A DNA stretch of 28,067 bases from Okeania sp. SIO2G5 (GCF_010672305.1 NZ_JAAHGX010000014.1:90698-118764), one strand, 5' to 3'. Shown: positions 9,901 through 17,087, counted from the first letter of the stretch. Numbers and translations are program-made. The notes: generated from the letters alone by a model not told the origin.

Positions 9901-11583
9901 AGAGTCTAACTCAGTTAACTGCTGCTGATTTTTTAGTTTCTTTTCTGTCACTTTTTCATAGTCTACCTCAGTTAAAGATTCTTTCCTTTTCTCAGGTTTA
10001 TATCTACCTATCCTAAATATGCTGTGAAACTCGGAATTTGATAAACTTTTCTCTGTTAATAAGTGCAGAGATTCTCCATCCGAACATAAATTAAGTTTAA
10101 ACTTTTGAGCAATTACAGATAATGCTTTTTTGTTAAATATAGAAATGTGTTGACCTTCTTCCAGAGCATAATACCACCAATCATTAGGACGAGGATTATC
10201 AGGTGGCAATAGCTTTGTACTAAATAAAATATTTCTAGTTTGTTGCAGTATCTTCTCAATTTCTGCCAGAGGATTTATGAAATGTTCAAATACTTCAAAA
10301 GCTGTGACTATTTCATATTTTTGTTCCCTATTTATTTCTCCTTCCCATCCTTGAGAAAAAATATTTTGGCAATATTTATCATATCCATAAAAATCTAATC
10401 CTAAGTCACGCATCATCCGGACAAATAAACCATACCCACACCCATAATCTAGGAATTTATCATTGGCATTAAAGAAGTTGAGAATTAAATTTTCTGTAAT
10501 CAAAGAAAAATTTTGATTTCTAGAAACCAAACCCACATCACTACTAGCAATTGCCTCTGTATAAGCTTCCCCTAACCAGTAAGGATTTTCCGTTTGTACA
10601 AAACCACAATTAGAACATTGAAAATAGTCAACATTATATTTATTTAAAACCTTAGCATTATCAAATTTGTGAGATATTGAACCACAAACTTTGCAATGAA
10701 CATTTTGAATTTGTAAACCACCACTAAACATTGTTTTTTCTGTAAAATTGTCTGCTGGAATATTACGAATAATAGAGGGAGGATGAGTCAGAGGAAAAAT
10801 CATTTCCTCCACAGACATATTGGCAAACTTATTAATACTTGAAGTGTGAGTAGCACCTTGACCAAAACCAATATTAGAAACTAAATTAACCTTGGGTAAA
10901 ATAGTTAAACCATGATAATTCCAACAGGCAAATGTCCAAGCATAAGCCCAAGAATTAAACCCTTGATAATTCTTCTGAAAAATCTCCGACCAATATTGAA
11001 CTGCCCTACTATTTTGTAGAATATTTTCTAACCACTTACTACCTCTAAGCTTCGACCATAATTGCATTTGATTATCATAATTTTTCCATGCTCTTCGCCA
11101 AGTTGCCCAACCCCAACAATGGGGATAGCGAGAGAAATAATAACTAGACTCTATTGGATTATTACCAAACTGAAAATTATCTCCAGATATAGCCATAATC
11201 CTCTCATCATTTCGATATCTTTCTAATAACTCTTCACAAAACCTAAAAAAAGTTAAATGAGGTACACAGTCATCCTCCAAAATAATTGCTGATTCTACCA
11301 AACTAAAAACCCAATTTAATCCATTATAAATACGCTCTCTACAACCTAAATTCTTCTCAGAATAATTAGTCAAAACTTCACAATTCCAATCAACCTGATC
11401 GATTATCTTTCTTGCTGCCATACACCTCTCAACTTCTCCATATCTATCGAGGCGAGGAGCATCAGCTATTACAAATAATTGAAGAGGCTTTACTTGACGA
11501 ATTGCCTCAAATACTTTTGCCGTTGTATCTGGTCGATTAAATATAATTATAACTACAGGAGTTGTTAATTGAAATTGAGTCAT
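3910..11583 (-). CDS. giant multidomain glycosyltransferase/methyltransferase (2557 aa): GT-A + Zn-ribbon SAM-MTase + GT4 + SAM-MTase + GT2 + GT41 (OGT-like) + repeated helical modules
   Basis: Single uninterrupted 7674-bp ORF; residue numbers are approximate. N-terminal GT-A-like domain with EDD motif (ILEDDCVP, res 1-300). CxxC...CxxC zinc ribbon, then MTase motif I LDYGCGYGLF (res 300-520). GT-B/GT4 domain with EX7E signature EGFGLPILEAMACGCPVI (res 570-960). 3 x 30-aa tandem repeat (res ~929-1018). Second MTase, motif I VLEIGCGVGRL (res ~1030-1230). GT2 domain with SVMIPTYKKAKYLEQTLKSVLQQ and HDDD (res ~1280-1530). C-terminal domain (res ~1790-2210) aligns by eye with GT41 catalytic-domain landmarks (RPKIRLGIL...FEIFLYA; VPNSILVLYPF; ADIYLDSFPYGGATSLVDPLMVGVPPVVVEG). 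Three paralogous ~125-aa modules at res ~1628-1760, ~2230-2350 and ~2420-2557. Confidence 0.9.
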   Translation of the reverse strand: MTQFQLTTPVVIIIFNRPDTTAKVFEAIRQVKPLQLFVIADAPRLDRYGEVERCMAARKIIDQVDWNCEVLTNYSEKNLGCRERIYNGLNWVFSLVESAIILEDDCVPHLTFFRFCEELLERYRNDERIMAISGDNFQFGNNPIESSYYFSRYPHCWGWATWRRAWKNYDNQMQLWSKLRGSKWLENILQNSRAVQYWSEIFQKNYQGFNSWAYAWTFACWNYHGLTILPKVNLVSNIGFGQGATHTSSINKFANMSVEEMIFPLTHPPSIIRNIPADNFTEKTMFSGGLQIQNVHCKVCGSISHKFDNAKVLNKYNVDYFQCSNCGFVQTENPYWLGEAYTEAIASSDVGLVSRNQNFSLITENLILNFFNANDKFLDYGCGYGLFVRMMRDLGLDFYGYDKYCQNIFSQGWEGEINREQKYEIVTAFEVFEHFINPLAEIEKILQQTRNILFSTKLLPPDNPRPNDWWYYALEEGQHISIFNKKALSVIAQKFKLNLCSDGESLHLLTEKSLSNSEFHSIFRIGRYKPEKRKESLTEVDYEKVTEKKLKNQQQLTELDSENIAERKSKNWQLLDFKVLIDGVFFQINNTGIARVWKSLLEVWSKDSFAKNILVLDRAKTAPKIPGIKYRVIPGYNYGRIDADRQILQQICDEENADIFISTYYTTPILTPSIFMAYDMIPEVLAKNLDNPSWQEKHRSIKQAISYISISENTARDLVKYFPQISANSIRVAPCGIEPKFSRATPQEVTNFQLKYNIHRPYFLIVGERIGWLGYKNTMLFFQAFAKFKKSAEFEIVCIGGNRKVEPELSKYISDSKIHLLQLSDQELKSAYSGAMALVYPSKYEGFGLPILEAMACGCPVITCKNASIPEVAGRAALYINDNDVNGLVNALGEVQKSEVRQQLITAGLAQAQKFSWSRMAKIMTDVFIQTFNRIKVERLSAMEDRKKSGEIPFPINHRDLEMQVKSKEFSSVEDRKKSGEISSPINHGESEIQLKSKELSGMEDRKNLGKIQFQINHGQLEIQRYFRNVNSLDEAIFERVLAYSGMETLSPGQKKQVRKELMEIWVPQILEGIPVKPEWKVLEIGCGVGRLIKYLREKFARVDGVDISENMIQFARQYLADGKQNGELYINNGDDLQQLADENYDFVFSTIVFQHIRSISIVKSYFREIFRVLKPGGYLRIKVHDHSAESLGNFDEEGAKDQQYYFSGNAYTEEKLKDLLMAAGFNLVSLKSAKPWIWATVRREQQLEVGIEKFPQIATLKNNQMGIEYPEINPLSDNNHRPFWSVMIPTYKKAKYLEQTLKSVLQQAPALEEMQIEVVNDCPDHKIQAEIEAIVRKVGGERVNFYRHFPQDIGQAPIFNICLQRAKGYWIHLLHDDDFVLPGFYEKLRRGIEQNTTVGAAFCRHYYIDEYDQKKYLSVLERKTPGIIENFLEKITIEQRIQVVGMVVKRKVYENLGGFCSQADSAADWEIWKRITAFYPIWFEPEILACFRLHSSSETSRLMQSGGNIENARKAIEITQTYLPTKMAEKLSDKAREHYAIEAIKMAASMLKGGNTNGAIAQIREGLKCSQSPSVVNLLISVLVSGETDLIKTPNQSVNSPKPQSIEQQKVVPTVKTNLLPSLTEINQNIQLYQQNQLDESALVRLQEIRKQIAECWLNIQTSEELKNVYLGAFGQAHKALLASGIKDETLTEIEQRFVDKIKANFAKGFNQPLAIQYLLAGMLYQRADRLGIKYEKAPIPSWFATDYLKFMFASPQLFQEIGETDNYHNFLVGWLNYVHNNISTNPDSELWQVIAWFFVENANWIPLYFTTTPNLKNLYIKRAEIIEFALKNRGLELDYKMNDRPFNRPKIRLGILKDHYSPQTETYSLLPVFEHLDRSKFEIFLYAIKSNGHPLEKYCQSHADKFLQLPEELKSQAQIIRNDNLDILFIGSNITATIKNSTLLAIHKLARIQITSINSPTTTGMHSIDYYISGKITAPTETTQEHYTEKLANLEDSGLCFRYAIAEPPSGVKPIRSSWGATDQTTIFISGANFYKIIPEMRETWAKILAKVPNSILVLYPFNPNWTNSYRFAPFIKQMRSVLKRHGIDSKRLVVIKALPSQADIKECLKLADIYLDSFPYGGATSLVDPLMVGVPPVVVEGNALRFRQASALLREIKMDDLIADGEESYINLVVKLATNPQLRQQKRQEILEKIEQNPSFLDSLSYSTQIGKLFQELFQEWQNIHAPKTIESTDKNSLTSEFINRLIGCVNLYEIDPTDQSLIEELRQLRKQIADFWLAVAPKELENTYQGKIRQAYQALLKSGIQNEPQTEDEQKFLKELAETSMGLTNPKAINTFLGAMLYFPPSKMLVRDAKNRLPQWLIDDYKQIFESREVAQKLEKAFKSKSPHLPENSPVTTAEVRPEKNVVLTANQTDNLDIPQQKFINQLLGSVNLYYIDPSDESVVQELRQIRKQMADFWINLEPQKLETFYLGEMGKGYQALLNSKIQNESLIESEQEFLRQLAAQLAKGIEAPKTINYLLAAMLYCRSEQLRIEDITKLPHWLLEDYQKFAGN
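4955..6215 (-). other. GT41 (O-GlcNAc-transferase / SPINDLY-like) catalytic-type domain within the giant ORF
   Basis: Motifs RPKIRLGILKDHYSPQTETYSLLPVFEHLDRSKFEIFLYA, ETWAKILAKVPNSILVLYPF and ADIYLDSFPYGGATSLVDPLMVGVPPVVVEGNALRFRQASALL correspond to the conserved OGT C-terminal blocks. Confidence 0.7.
8531..8800 (-). repeat. in-frame 90-bp x3 tandem repeat inside the giant ORF (30-aa units MEDRKKSGEI-FPINH--LE-Q-KSKE-S)
   Basis: tgatttattgga-atg-aatttctcctgactttttcctatcttcca recurs with an exact 90-bp period (unit starts 8531, 8621, 8711). The period is a multiple of 3 and preserves the frame. Confidence 0.85.
8704..9874 (-). other. GT4 (GT-B fold, group 1 glycosyltransferase) domain within the giant ORF
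   Basis: EX7E-type motif SKYEGFGLPILEAMACGCPVI and the upstream Rossmann-like half VLIDGVFFQINNTGIARV. Confidence 0.75.
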
Positions 11584-11597
11584 TTTTAGTTTAATAG

Positions 11598-11640
11598 GAA
11601 AGAAGGAAGAAGGAATAAGGAAGAGATAAGAAGGAATAAA
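11598..11640. repeat. heptanucleotide repeat (GAAGGAA)n immediately 5' of the giant gene start (TTCCTTC on the coding strand)
   Basis: Direct reading: gaaagaaggaagaaggaataaggaagagataagaaggaataaag. Confidence 0.8.
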
Positions 11641-11696
11641 GTAGATAAATCTACAGATAAATCAAGTTCAACTAAAGATTTGTTTAAGAAGGAGAA

Positions 11697-11812
11697 AGTC
11701 ATTTCAGTTATCAGTTATCAGTACCTCTGTAATAAAGAGGCTTTAAATACGAAATTATCTTTTTTTTTCCTTAAAAGAGGAGGCTTTAGACCAAGATTTT
11801 TCGGTAATAAAG
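11697..11812 (+). repeat. tcagttatcagttat-family + ccttaaaagaggaggctttagaccaagatttttcgg module, 5' flank of the giant gene
   Basis: Same two modules, in the same order and orientation, as at 3421..3500 and 3794..3835 on the 3' flank. Confidence 0.6.
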
Positions 11813-12204
11813 TTGATAGCTGATATCTCACTACTGAATCCTGAGAAACTTTTAATTATGGAAAATATTTCCATTATTTTTTCTCCTTTCAAAGTAATCA
11901 AAACTGATAGCTGACTGCTGAGTGCTAAATGCTTATAAGCTAATAAAGCTGATAGCTGATACCTGAGTGCTGAATGCTTATAAACTTTTAATTATGGAAA
12001 ATATTTCCATTATTTTCCCCTCCTTTCAAAGTAATAAAAACTGATAGCTGAATGCTGAGTGCTAAATGCTTATCAGGTAAGAAAGCTGATAGCTGATACC
12101 TGAGTACTGAATGCTGAGAAACTTTTAATTCTGGGAAATATCTCAATTACTTTTTCCTCCTCTAAAGGTAATAAAGCTGAATCCTCACCGCTGAATGCTT
12201 AACC
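11813..12204. repeat. intergenic tandem repeat, about 136-bp unit x 2.9
   Basis: Units at 11813..11947, 11948..12084, 12085..12204. Each carries two gctgatagctga-N-ctgagtgct-aatgcttat half-sites and a near-palindrome atggaaaatatttccat. Confidence 0.85.
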
Positions 12205-12325
12205 AATGGATAATTGATAATTATTTTGCTTGGGAATCTTTGTACAAAAAGTGAAAAATTTTATATTTTTATTATCTAAAAGAAATAGTTGATCTACAAG
12301 GTTTAAAAATTAAATTCATTATCCA

Positions 12326-12856
12326 TTATCCATTATCCATTAATGACGTCGCTTTATATAAAATATCTTGATGAGACCGTTCCAGTAAAGTCTCATTGAT
12401 AGAATTAGATAATACTGCAACAGGTTCATATAATGGTCTTAAAAAAGAGTCAATTGCTTTTCTATCTCCATAACGTACTTCTATCAACATAAACTTTGGT
12501 TGGTATTTATCAAAATCAATACCTTGCAACACATCTAATTCAAAACCTTCAACATCCAACGAAAACAAATCTATATTTTCAACTCCATACTTATCAAGAA
12601 TTGCAGTTAGTGTCCTTACTCGTACATTAATTTCATAACTATGATTAATATTTTGAACTTGACAACCCGCTTTTAAATGAACCTTTTTTTCCTCCTCTGA
12701 CTTCATAGCTCCATCAACAAAAGACATAAGATTACAATAGTACATTTTTATATAATCCTGACCATAATTAAAAGGAACCAAAGCATAATTTTCAACCGCT
12801 GACTTAGACCGATTAATTCTACATTTTTCTGCTAACTCTGGTATTGCCTCTATCAA
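12326..12856 (-). CDS. FkbM-family SAM methyltransferase, C-terminal portion; reading frame continues upstream to an in-frame TGA at 12890..12892
   Basis: Motif IDLFSLDVEGFELDVLQG is the FkbM (Methyltransf_21) signature. The frame is open from 12889 and continuous with the upstream ORF across a single TGA (FIEAGANDGISQSNT*YFEKYKNWQGILIEAIPELAEK). Confidence 0.7.
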   Translation of the reverse strand: MIEAIPELAEKCRINRSKSAVENYALVPFNYGQDYIKMYYCNLMSFVDGAMKSEEEKKVHLKAGCQVQNINHSYEINVRVRTLTAILDKYGVENIDLFSLDVEGFELDVLQGIDFDKYQPKFMLIEVRYGDRKAIDSFLRPLYEPVAVLSNSINETLLERSHQDILYKATSLMDNG

Positions 12857-12889
12857 AATACCTTGCCAGTTTTTGTACTTCTCAAAATA

Positions 12890-14038
12890 TCAAGTATTAC
12901 TTTGACTTATCCCATCATTCGCCCCAGCTTCAATAAAAAATCCATTTTCCCAAGTTAAGTAAGAAGCAAGTTTAAGATCGAGCTGATTCAAAGCATAAGA
13001 TTTTCTCATTAAATCAGGTTTTATTTCTAATGCCTTTTGCTGATAAATATTAGCCTCAAATAATCTACCCTGTTTCTGTAAAATATTACCAATACTCCAA
13101 TATATACCTGCCGACTTTGGTTCAAGTGCAATAACTTTTTGATAGTAAGCGTTCGCCTGTTCTAGCTGACCTTTTTGGGAATAAATTTTGCCTAGTTTTG
13201 CATAAACTATTGCCAAGTTTGGTTGTGATTTTATTGCTTTGTTATAAGAACGAATAGACTTTTCAATTTGACCTTTAGAATAATAAAAATCCCCTAATCC
13301 CTGATAAGCTTCAGCAGCATAAGGTTGATTTTTAATAGCTTCGTAATAAGCCAAAATCTGATTATCTTGACTGTCTAGATTTTTATTTTTTCTTTTAGCT
13401 CTTGCTTCACCTTGACCCAAAGAAATACCCAAGCAAGACTGCTTTTGACTAGGTAATTTTAAATCCGATAAAAAATCATCACTTTGAAAAAAAATAGAAG
13501 TACAGCTTTTATATCTTTGACTAGGAACTAAACCATAAAAATCAATACGTTTAAATCCTTGATGATGAAGCAAAATTACTCCCCTATCATTTTCCTCTCT
13601 ATCCGAATTATCAAATACTATCCAGCCATTTTTAGATAATTTTTCACCACATATTTCAGCACATTTAACTCGCTCAATTCCATCAATAATAATCACATCA
13701 AAATCACCATTATCATAATTCTGAATTTCCTCAACATATCTTTGCCTATCTTCCCTCAAAACTAGCTTCACATTTTGAGGAATATAAGTTGAAACATTGA
13801 CAAAATAATCAGGATTATGTTCTACAGAAACCACCTGCTTAACTCGGTCAGCGTACCAAAAAGTTGACTGTCCGCTCCCATATTCAAATACTCGAAAATC
13901 GCTCTTTAACTTATCCTCAATAAATTCAATAGCAGGATAAGAATACCAAGGAAGAGGATGATAATTATAATCTATAGATTTTCCTTCTTTTAATGAATTG
14001 AGCCATCCTGAAGTTTCTAGATAGTTCAAATTAGTCAT
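12890..14038 (-). CDS. TylF/CmcI-like class I methyltransferase domain + TPR repeats + start of the FkbM methyltransferase domain (382 aa ORF ending at in-frame TGA)
   Basis: N-terminal FEYGSGQSTFWYA...DVIIIDGIERV...NGWIVFDNSD resembles the macrocin-O-MTase/CmcI-type fold. Central TPR-like repeats (AEAYQGLGDFYYSKGQIEKSIRSYNKAIKSQP; AIVYAKLGKIYSQKGQLEQANAYYQKVIALEP). Ends FFIEAGANDGISQSNT, which is the FkbM N-terminal GAN-G motif. Confidence 0.7.
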   Translation of the reverse strand: MTNLNYLETSGWLNSLKEGKSIDYNYHPLPWYSYPAIEFIEDKLKSDFRVFEYGSGQSTFWYADRVKQVVSVEHNPDYFVNVSTYIPQNVKLVLREDRQRYVEEIQNYDNGDFDVIIIDGIERVKCAEICGEKLSKNGWIVFDNSDREENDRGVILLHHQGFKRIDFYGLVPSQRYKSCTSIFFQSDDFLSDLKLPSQKQSCLGISLGQGEARAKRKNKNLDSQDNQILAYYEAIKNQPYAAEAYQGLGDFYYSKGQIEKSIRSYNKAIKSQPNLAIVYAKLGKIYSQKGQLEQANAYYQKVIALEPKSAGIYWSIGNILQKQGRLFEANIYQQKALEIKPDLMRKSYALNQLDLKLASYLTWENGFFIEAGANDGISQSNT

Positions 14039-14114
14039 ATTATTTGAGCATTAGTATTTAGTGTGTTGAAAACTAAAGGAAACTGATATAGCGTGTTTCA
14101 ACTTATTGAGGTTA

Positions 14115-14215
14115 GTTCATTAATTGATAATGGATAACCACCTCTGGTTAAAACCGTTCTTGATTGAATATAAGGAAATATTATTTATTTTTTTCCTCTT
14201 TGATTGCTATGTTAT
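14115..14215. repeat. dispersed repeat (cattaattgataatggataa...ggttaaaaccg...attgaatat-aggaaatattat family)
   Basis: Matches 22333..22412. Partial copies at 12205..12240 and 28019..28067. Confidence 0.6.
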
Positions 14216-14559
14216 AGAGCCATCAAAAGATTAACAATAAATTTATATATAAATAATTTTGTCTGCTTACTTAAATTTTTTTCTTATTTTCTATTCCCTA
14301 CTCCCGCGTAAAAAAGGAATTTTGTACCTCACGCTTCTTGGTAATTACTATAGAAAAAACTTCTACATCCAATTACCAACTTGATAATACAAAATAACAA
14401 TAGTATAAATCCATAACTCTCAGCTAGCTATTAAAGAAAGAAAGCAAAGAAACAAGAGTTTACTTAAGATAACCTATCAGATAGCCAAAAATTATGAGAA
14501 CTACTCATTGAAACTACCATAGACATCTCCAGAAAAGAGATAGTAAGGAGTAAGCGGTA

Positions 14560-14702
14560 GGGATGAAGTCTCCCTTCCCTCCAGTCCCCAAGAGAACGCC
14601 ATATCCATCAGACCAACAAAAAAGAGAACTCCGTATTCTCTTGCCTCCCTATGACAGCAAGTACTGATAACTAATAACTGATAACTGAAATGACTGTTTA
14701 CT
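14560..14702 (-). repeat. dispersed repeat, reverse-complement copy of the tcagttatcagttat...ggaggcaagaaaatacggaattctct...ttggatatgg family
   Basis: The reverse complement of 14560..14702 aligns with 3415..3530. Confidence 0.6.
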
Positions 14703-14710
14703 TAATTACC

Positions 14711-14858
14711 GAACAACATTATCAAAATAATTGGGTCGCGCAACCCCACCTTTTAAGGCGAAATATTCTTGAAACCTTGCTCAAATCCCCTACTTCCCCT
14801 CCACCGGAGGGGGAGGGGCGAGGGGTGGGTTAACTTCTGACTTCTGACTTCTGACTTC
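14711..14858 (-). mobile_element. MITE-like element family A, second copy (inverse orientation)
   Basis: Its reverse complement reads gaagtcagaagtcagaagtcagaagttaacccacccctcgcccctccccctcc-ggtggaggggaagtagggga...cgccttaaaaggtggggtt...attattttgataa, co-linear with 2935..3085. Confidence 0.6.
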
Positions 14859-14975
14859 AAATCCCCGTTACAAAAATAACTTCTGACTTCTAACTTTTGA
14901 GTTTTGACTTCAAATCCCCGTTACAAAAATAACTTCTAACTTTTGACTTTTGAGTTTTGACTTTTGACTTTAATC
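14834..14975. repeat. heptamer-based tandem repeats (CTTCTGA/TTTTGAC) with an embedded ~52-bp duplicated unit caaatccccgttacaaaaataacttct
   Basis: Direct reading. The 52-bp unit is at 14858..14885 and again at 14910..14937. Confidence 0.75.
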
Positions 14976-15057
14976 TACTGTGATATTATATTAGAAATCA
15001 GTTAACATAAGTTAATATACCAGGATTAAAAAATAGTCCCAATAGTATAAAAAGATA

Positions 15058-15063
15058 AGAAGG
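15058..15063 (+). promoter_or_regulatory. Shine-Dalgarno sequence (aaggag) for ftsH, GTG start 10 nt downstream
   Basis: aaggagcaaccccaGTG; the ORF begins at 15074. Confidence 0.5.
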
Positions 15064-15073
15064 AGCAACCCCA

Positions 15074-16915
15074 GTGAATAATAAAAGGTGGAGAAATGCT
15101 GGCCTATATGCCCTATTAGCAATAGTAGTCATCGCCTTAGCAACAGCATTCTTCGATCAACAACCCCAAACCAGCGAAACCTGGAAATATAGTCAATTTA
15201 TTCAGCAGGTAGAAACCAAAAACGTAGACAGAGTAAGCATCAGCGCCGACCGTACAGCAGCACGAGTCAAAGTCGCCGACGGTAGTATAGTCCGCGTTAA
15301 CCTACCCAACGACCCAGACCTAATAAACATCCTCACCAAAAACAACGTAGACATTTCCGTACTCCCCCAAAGCGAAGAAGGTTTCTGGGTTAGAGCATTA
15401 AGTAGTTTATTCTTCCCCGTCCTATTATTAGTGGGACTATTTTTCCTACTACGTCGTGCCCAAAGTGGACCTGGTAGCCAAGCTATGAACTTTGGTAAAT
15501 CCAAAGCAAGAGTCCAAATGGAACCCCAAACCCAAGTCACATTCGGCGATGTAGCAGGTATTGAACAAGCCAAACTAGAACTAACAGAAGTAGTAGACTT
15601 CCTCAAAAATGCTGATCGCTTCACAGCAGTAGGCGCAAAAATTCCCAAAGGAGTATTGTTAGTAGGTCCTCCGGGAACAGGTAAAACCCTATTAGCAAAA
15701 GCAGTAGCTGGGGAAGCAGGAGTACCATTCTTCTCCATCTCCGGTTCAGAATTTGTAGAAATGTTTGTGGGTGTAGGTGCTTCCCGCGTCCGCGACCTAT
15801 TTGAACAAGCAAAATCTAACGCTCCCTGTATCGTATTTATAGATGAAATTGATGCGGTGGGTCGTCAACGGGGTGCTGGTTTAGGTGGTGGTAATGATGA
15901 AAGAGAACAAACCCTCAACCAGCTACTTACCGAAATGGACGGTTTTGAAGGCAATACAGGTATCATTATTATTGCAGCTACTAACCGCCCAGATGTTCTA
16001 GATGCTGCCCTACTCCGACCAGGTCGTTTTGACCGTCAAGTAGTAGTAGACCGCCCTGACTATGCAGGTCGTCTAGAAATTCTCAATGTTCATGCTCGTG
16101 GTAAGAGTCTATCTAAAGATGTAGACCTAGAAAAAATTGCTCGTCGAACTCCTGGATTTACTGGAGCAGACTTGTCTAACCTATTAAATGAAGGAGCTAT
16201 TTTGGCAGCTCGTCGCAACTTAACTGAAATCTCTATGGACGAAGTTAATGATGCTATTGACCGGGTATTAGCTGGTCCAGAAAAGAAAGACCGAGTAATG
16301 AGCGAGAAGCGTAAGGAGTTAGTAGCGTATCACGAAGCTGGTCATGCTTTAGTCGGAGCGTTGATGCCTGATTATGACCCAGTACAGAAAATTAGTATTA
16401 TTCCTCGCGGTCGTGCTGGTGGTTTGACTTGGTTTACTCCTAGCGAAGACCGGATGGACTCTGGTTTGTATTCTCGTGCTTATCTACAAAATCAGATGGC
16501 TGTAGCTTTGGGTGGTCGTCTTGCTGAGGAGATTATTTTTGGTGATGAAGAGGTGACTACTGGTGCTTCTAACGATTTACAGCAGGTTGCTAATGTGGCA
16601 AGGCAAATGGTGACTCGCTTTGGCATGAGCGATCGCCTTGGTCCAGTTGCTCTTGGTCGTCAGAACGGTAATATGTTCTTAGGTAGGGATATTATGGCGG
16701 AGCGTGATTTTTCTGAGGAAACTGCTGCTGCTATTGATGATGAGGTGCGCAATTTGGTAGAGCAAGCTTATCGTCGGGCGAAGGAAGTATTGGTAACTAA
16801 CCGTCATATTTTGGATAAGTTAGCCGAGATGTTGGTTGACAAGGAGACTGTAGACTCTGATGAGTTACAGGAGTTGTTGGCAACTAATGATGTGAAGATG
16901 GCGGCTTTGATATAG
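15074..16915 (+). CDS. ftsH: ATP-dependent zinc metalloprotease FtsH (613 aa)
   Basis: N-terminal TM helix. Walker A GPPGTGKT, Walker [10 protein letters not shown], second-region-of-homology motif, zinc-binding HEAGHA. Cyanobacteria carry several ftsH paralogues, so which one is not determinable from this window. Confidence 0.95.
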   Translation: MNNKRWRNAGLYALLAIVVIALATAFFDQQPQTSETWKYSQFIQQVETKNVDRVSISADRTAARVKVADGSIVRVNLPNDPDLINILTKNNVDISVLPQSEEGFWVRALSSLFFPVLLLVGLFFLLRRAQSGPGSQAMNFGKSKARVQMEPQTQVTFGDVAGIEQAKLELTEVVDFLKNADRFTAVGAKIPKGVLLVGPPGTGKTLLAKAVAGEAGVPFFSISGSEFVEMFVGVGASRVRDLFEQAKSNAPCIVFIDEIDAVGRQRGAGLGGGNDEREQTLNQLLTEMDGFEGNTGIIIIAATNRPDVLDAALLRPGRFDRQVVVDRPDYAGRLEILNVHARGKSLSKDVDLEKIARRTPGFTGADLSNLLNEGAILAARRNLTEISMDEVNDAIDRVLAGPEKKDRVMSEKRKELVAYHEAGHALVGALMPDYDPVQKISIIPRGRAGGLTWFTPSEDRMDSGLYSRAYLQNQMAVALGGRLAEEIIFGDEEVTTGASNDLQQVANVARQMVTRFGMSDRLGPVALGRQNGNMFLGRDIMAERDFSEETAAAIDDEVRNLVEQAYRRAKEVLVTNRHILDKLAEMLVDKETVDSDELQELLATNDVKMAALI

Positions 16916-16919
16916 GGCT

Positions 16920-16955
16920 ATAGCAGAAGGAAGAAGGCAGAAGGCAGAAGGAAAA
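16920..16955. repeat. heptanucleotide repeat (GAAGGCA/GAAGGAA)n just 3' of ftsH
   Basis: Direct reading: gcagaaggaagaaggcagaaggcagaaggaaaaa. Confidence 0.75.
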
Positions 16956-17060
16956 ACCTAGCGTTGTCTAGAGTTTTAACCTTTTGATCTGCCCTCACCT
17001 TTCCTTCGACTTCGTATGATCTGAAATTTTTCTCCTCTTTAGTTAGTCAGGGATTACTTC

Positions 17061-17087
17061 TAACTTCTGTAGGGGCGAATGACTATT
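17061..17087 (+). other. near-perfect hairpin gtaggggcgaa-tgactat-ttcgccctac downstream of ftsH
   Basis: 10-bp stem (one bulged g) with a 7-nt loop, about 150 nt after the ftsH stop. No U-tract, so not a canonical intrinsic terminator. Could be a short palindromic repeat. Confidence 0.35.

Noticed and set aside
9701-9928. Plus-strand 75-aa ORF inside the giant gene
   Set aside because: Antisense to a continuous 2557-aa ORF with recognisable domains on the opposite strand. No start context or motif.
15202-15812. Two minus-strand ORFs (178 aa and 63 aa) from the track, inside ftsH
   Set aside because: They lie wholly within, and antisense to, the well-supported ftsH reading frame. Their composition is Ser/Thr/Pro-rich low complexity, typical of antisense translation of a GC-richer gene. 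No motifs.
17061-17087. Intrinsic terminator for ftsH
   Set aside because: The hairpin is good, but no U-tract follows (the downstream sequence is ctaactcctgac), so I list it only as a hairpin/palindromic repeat.
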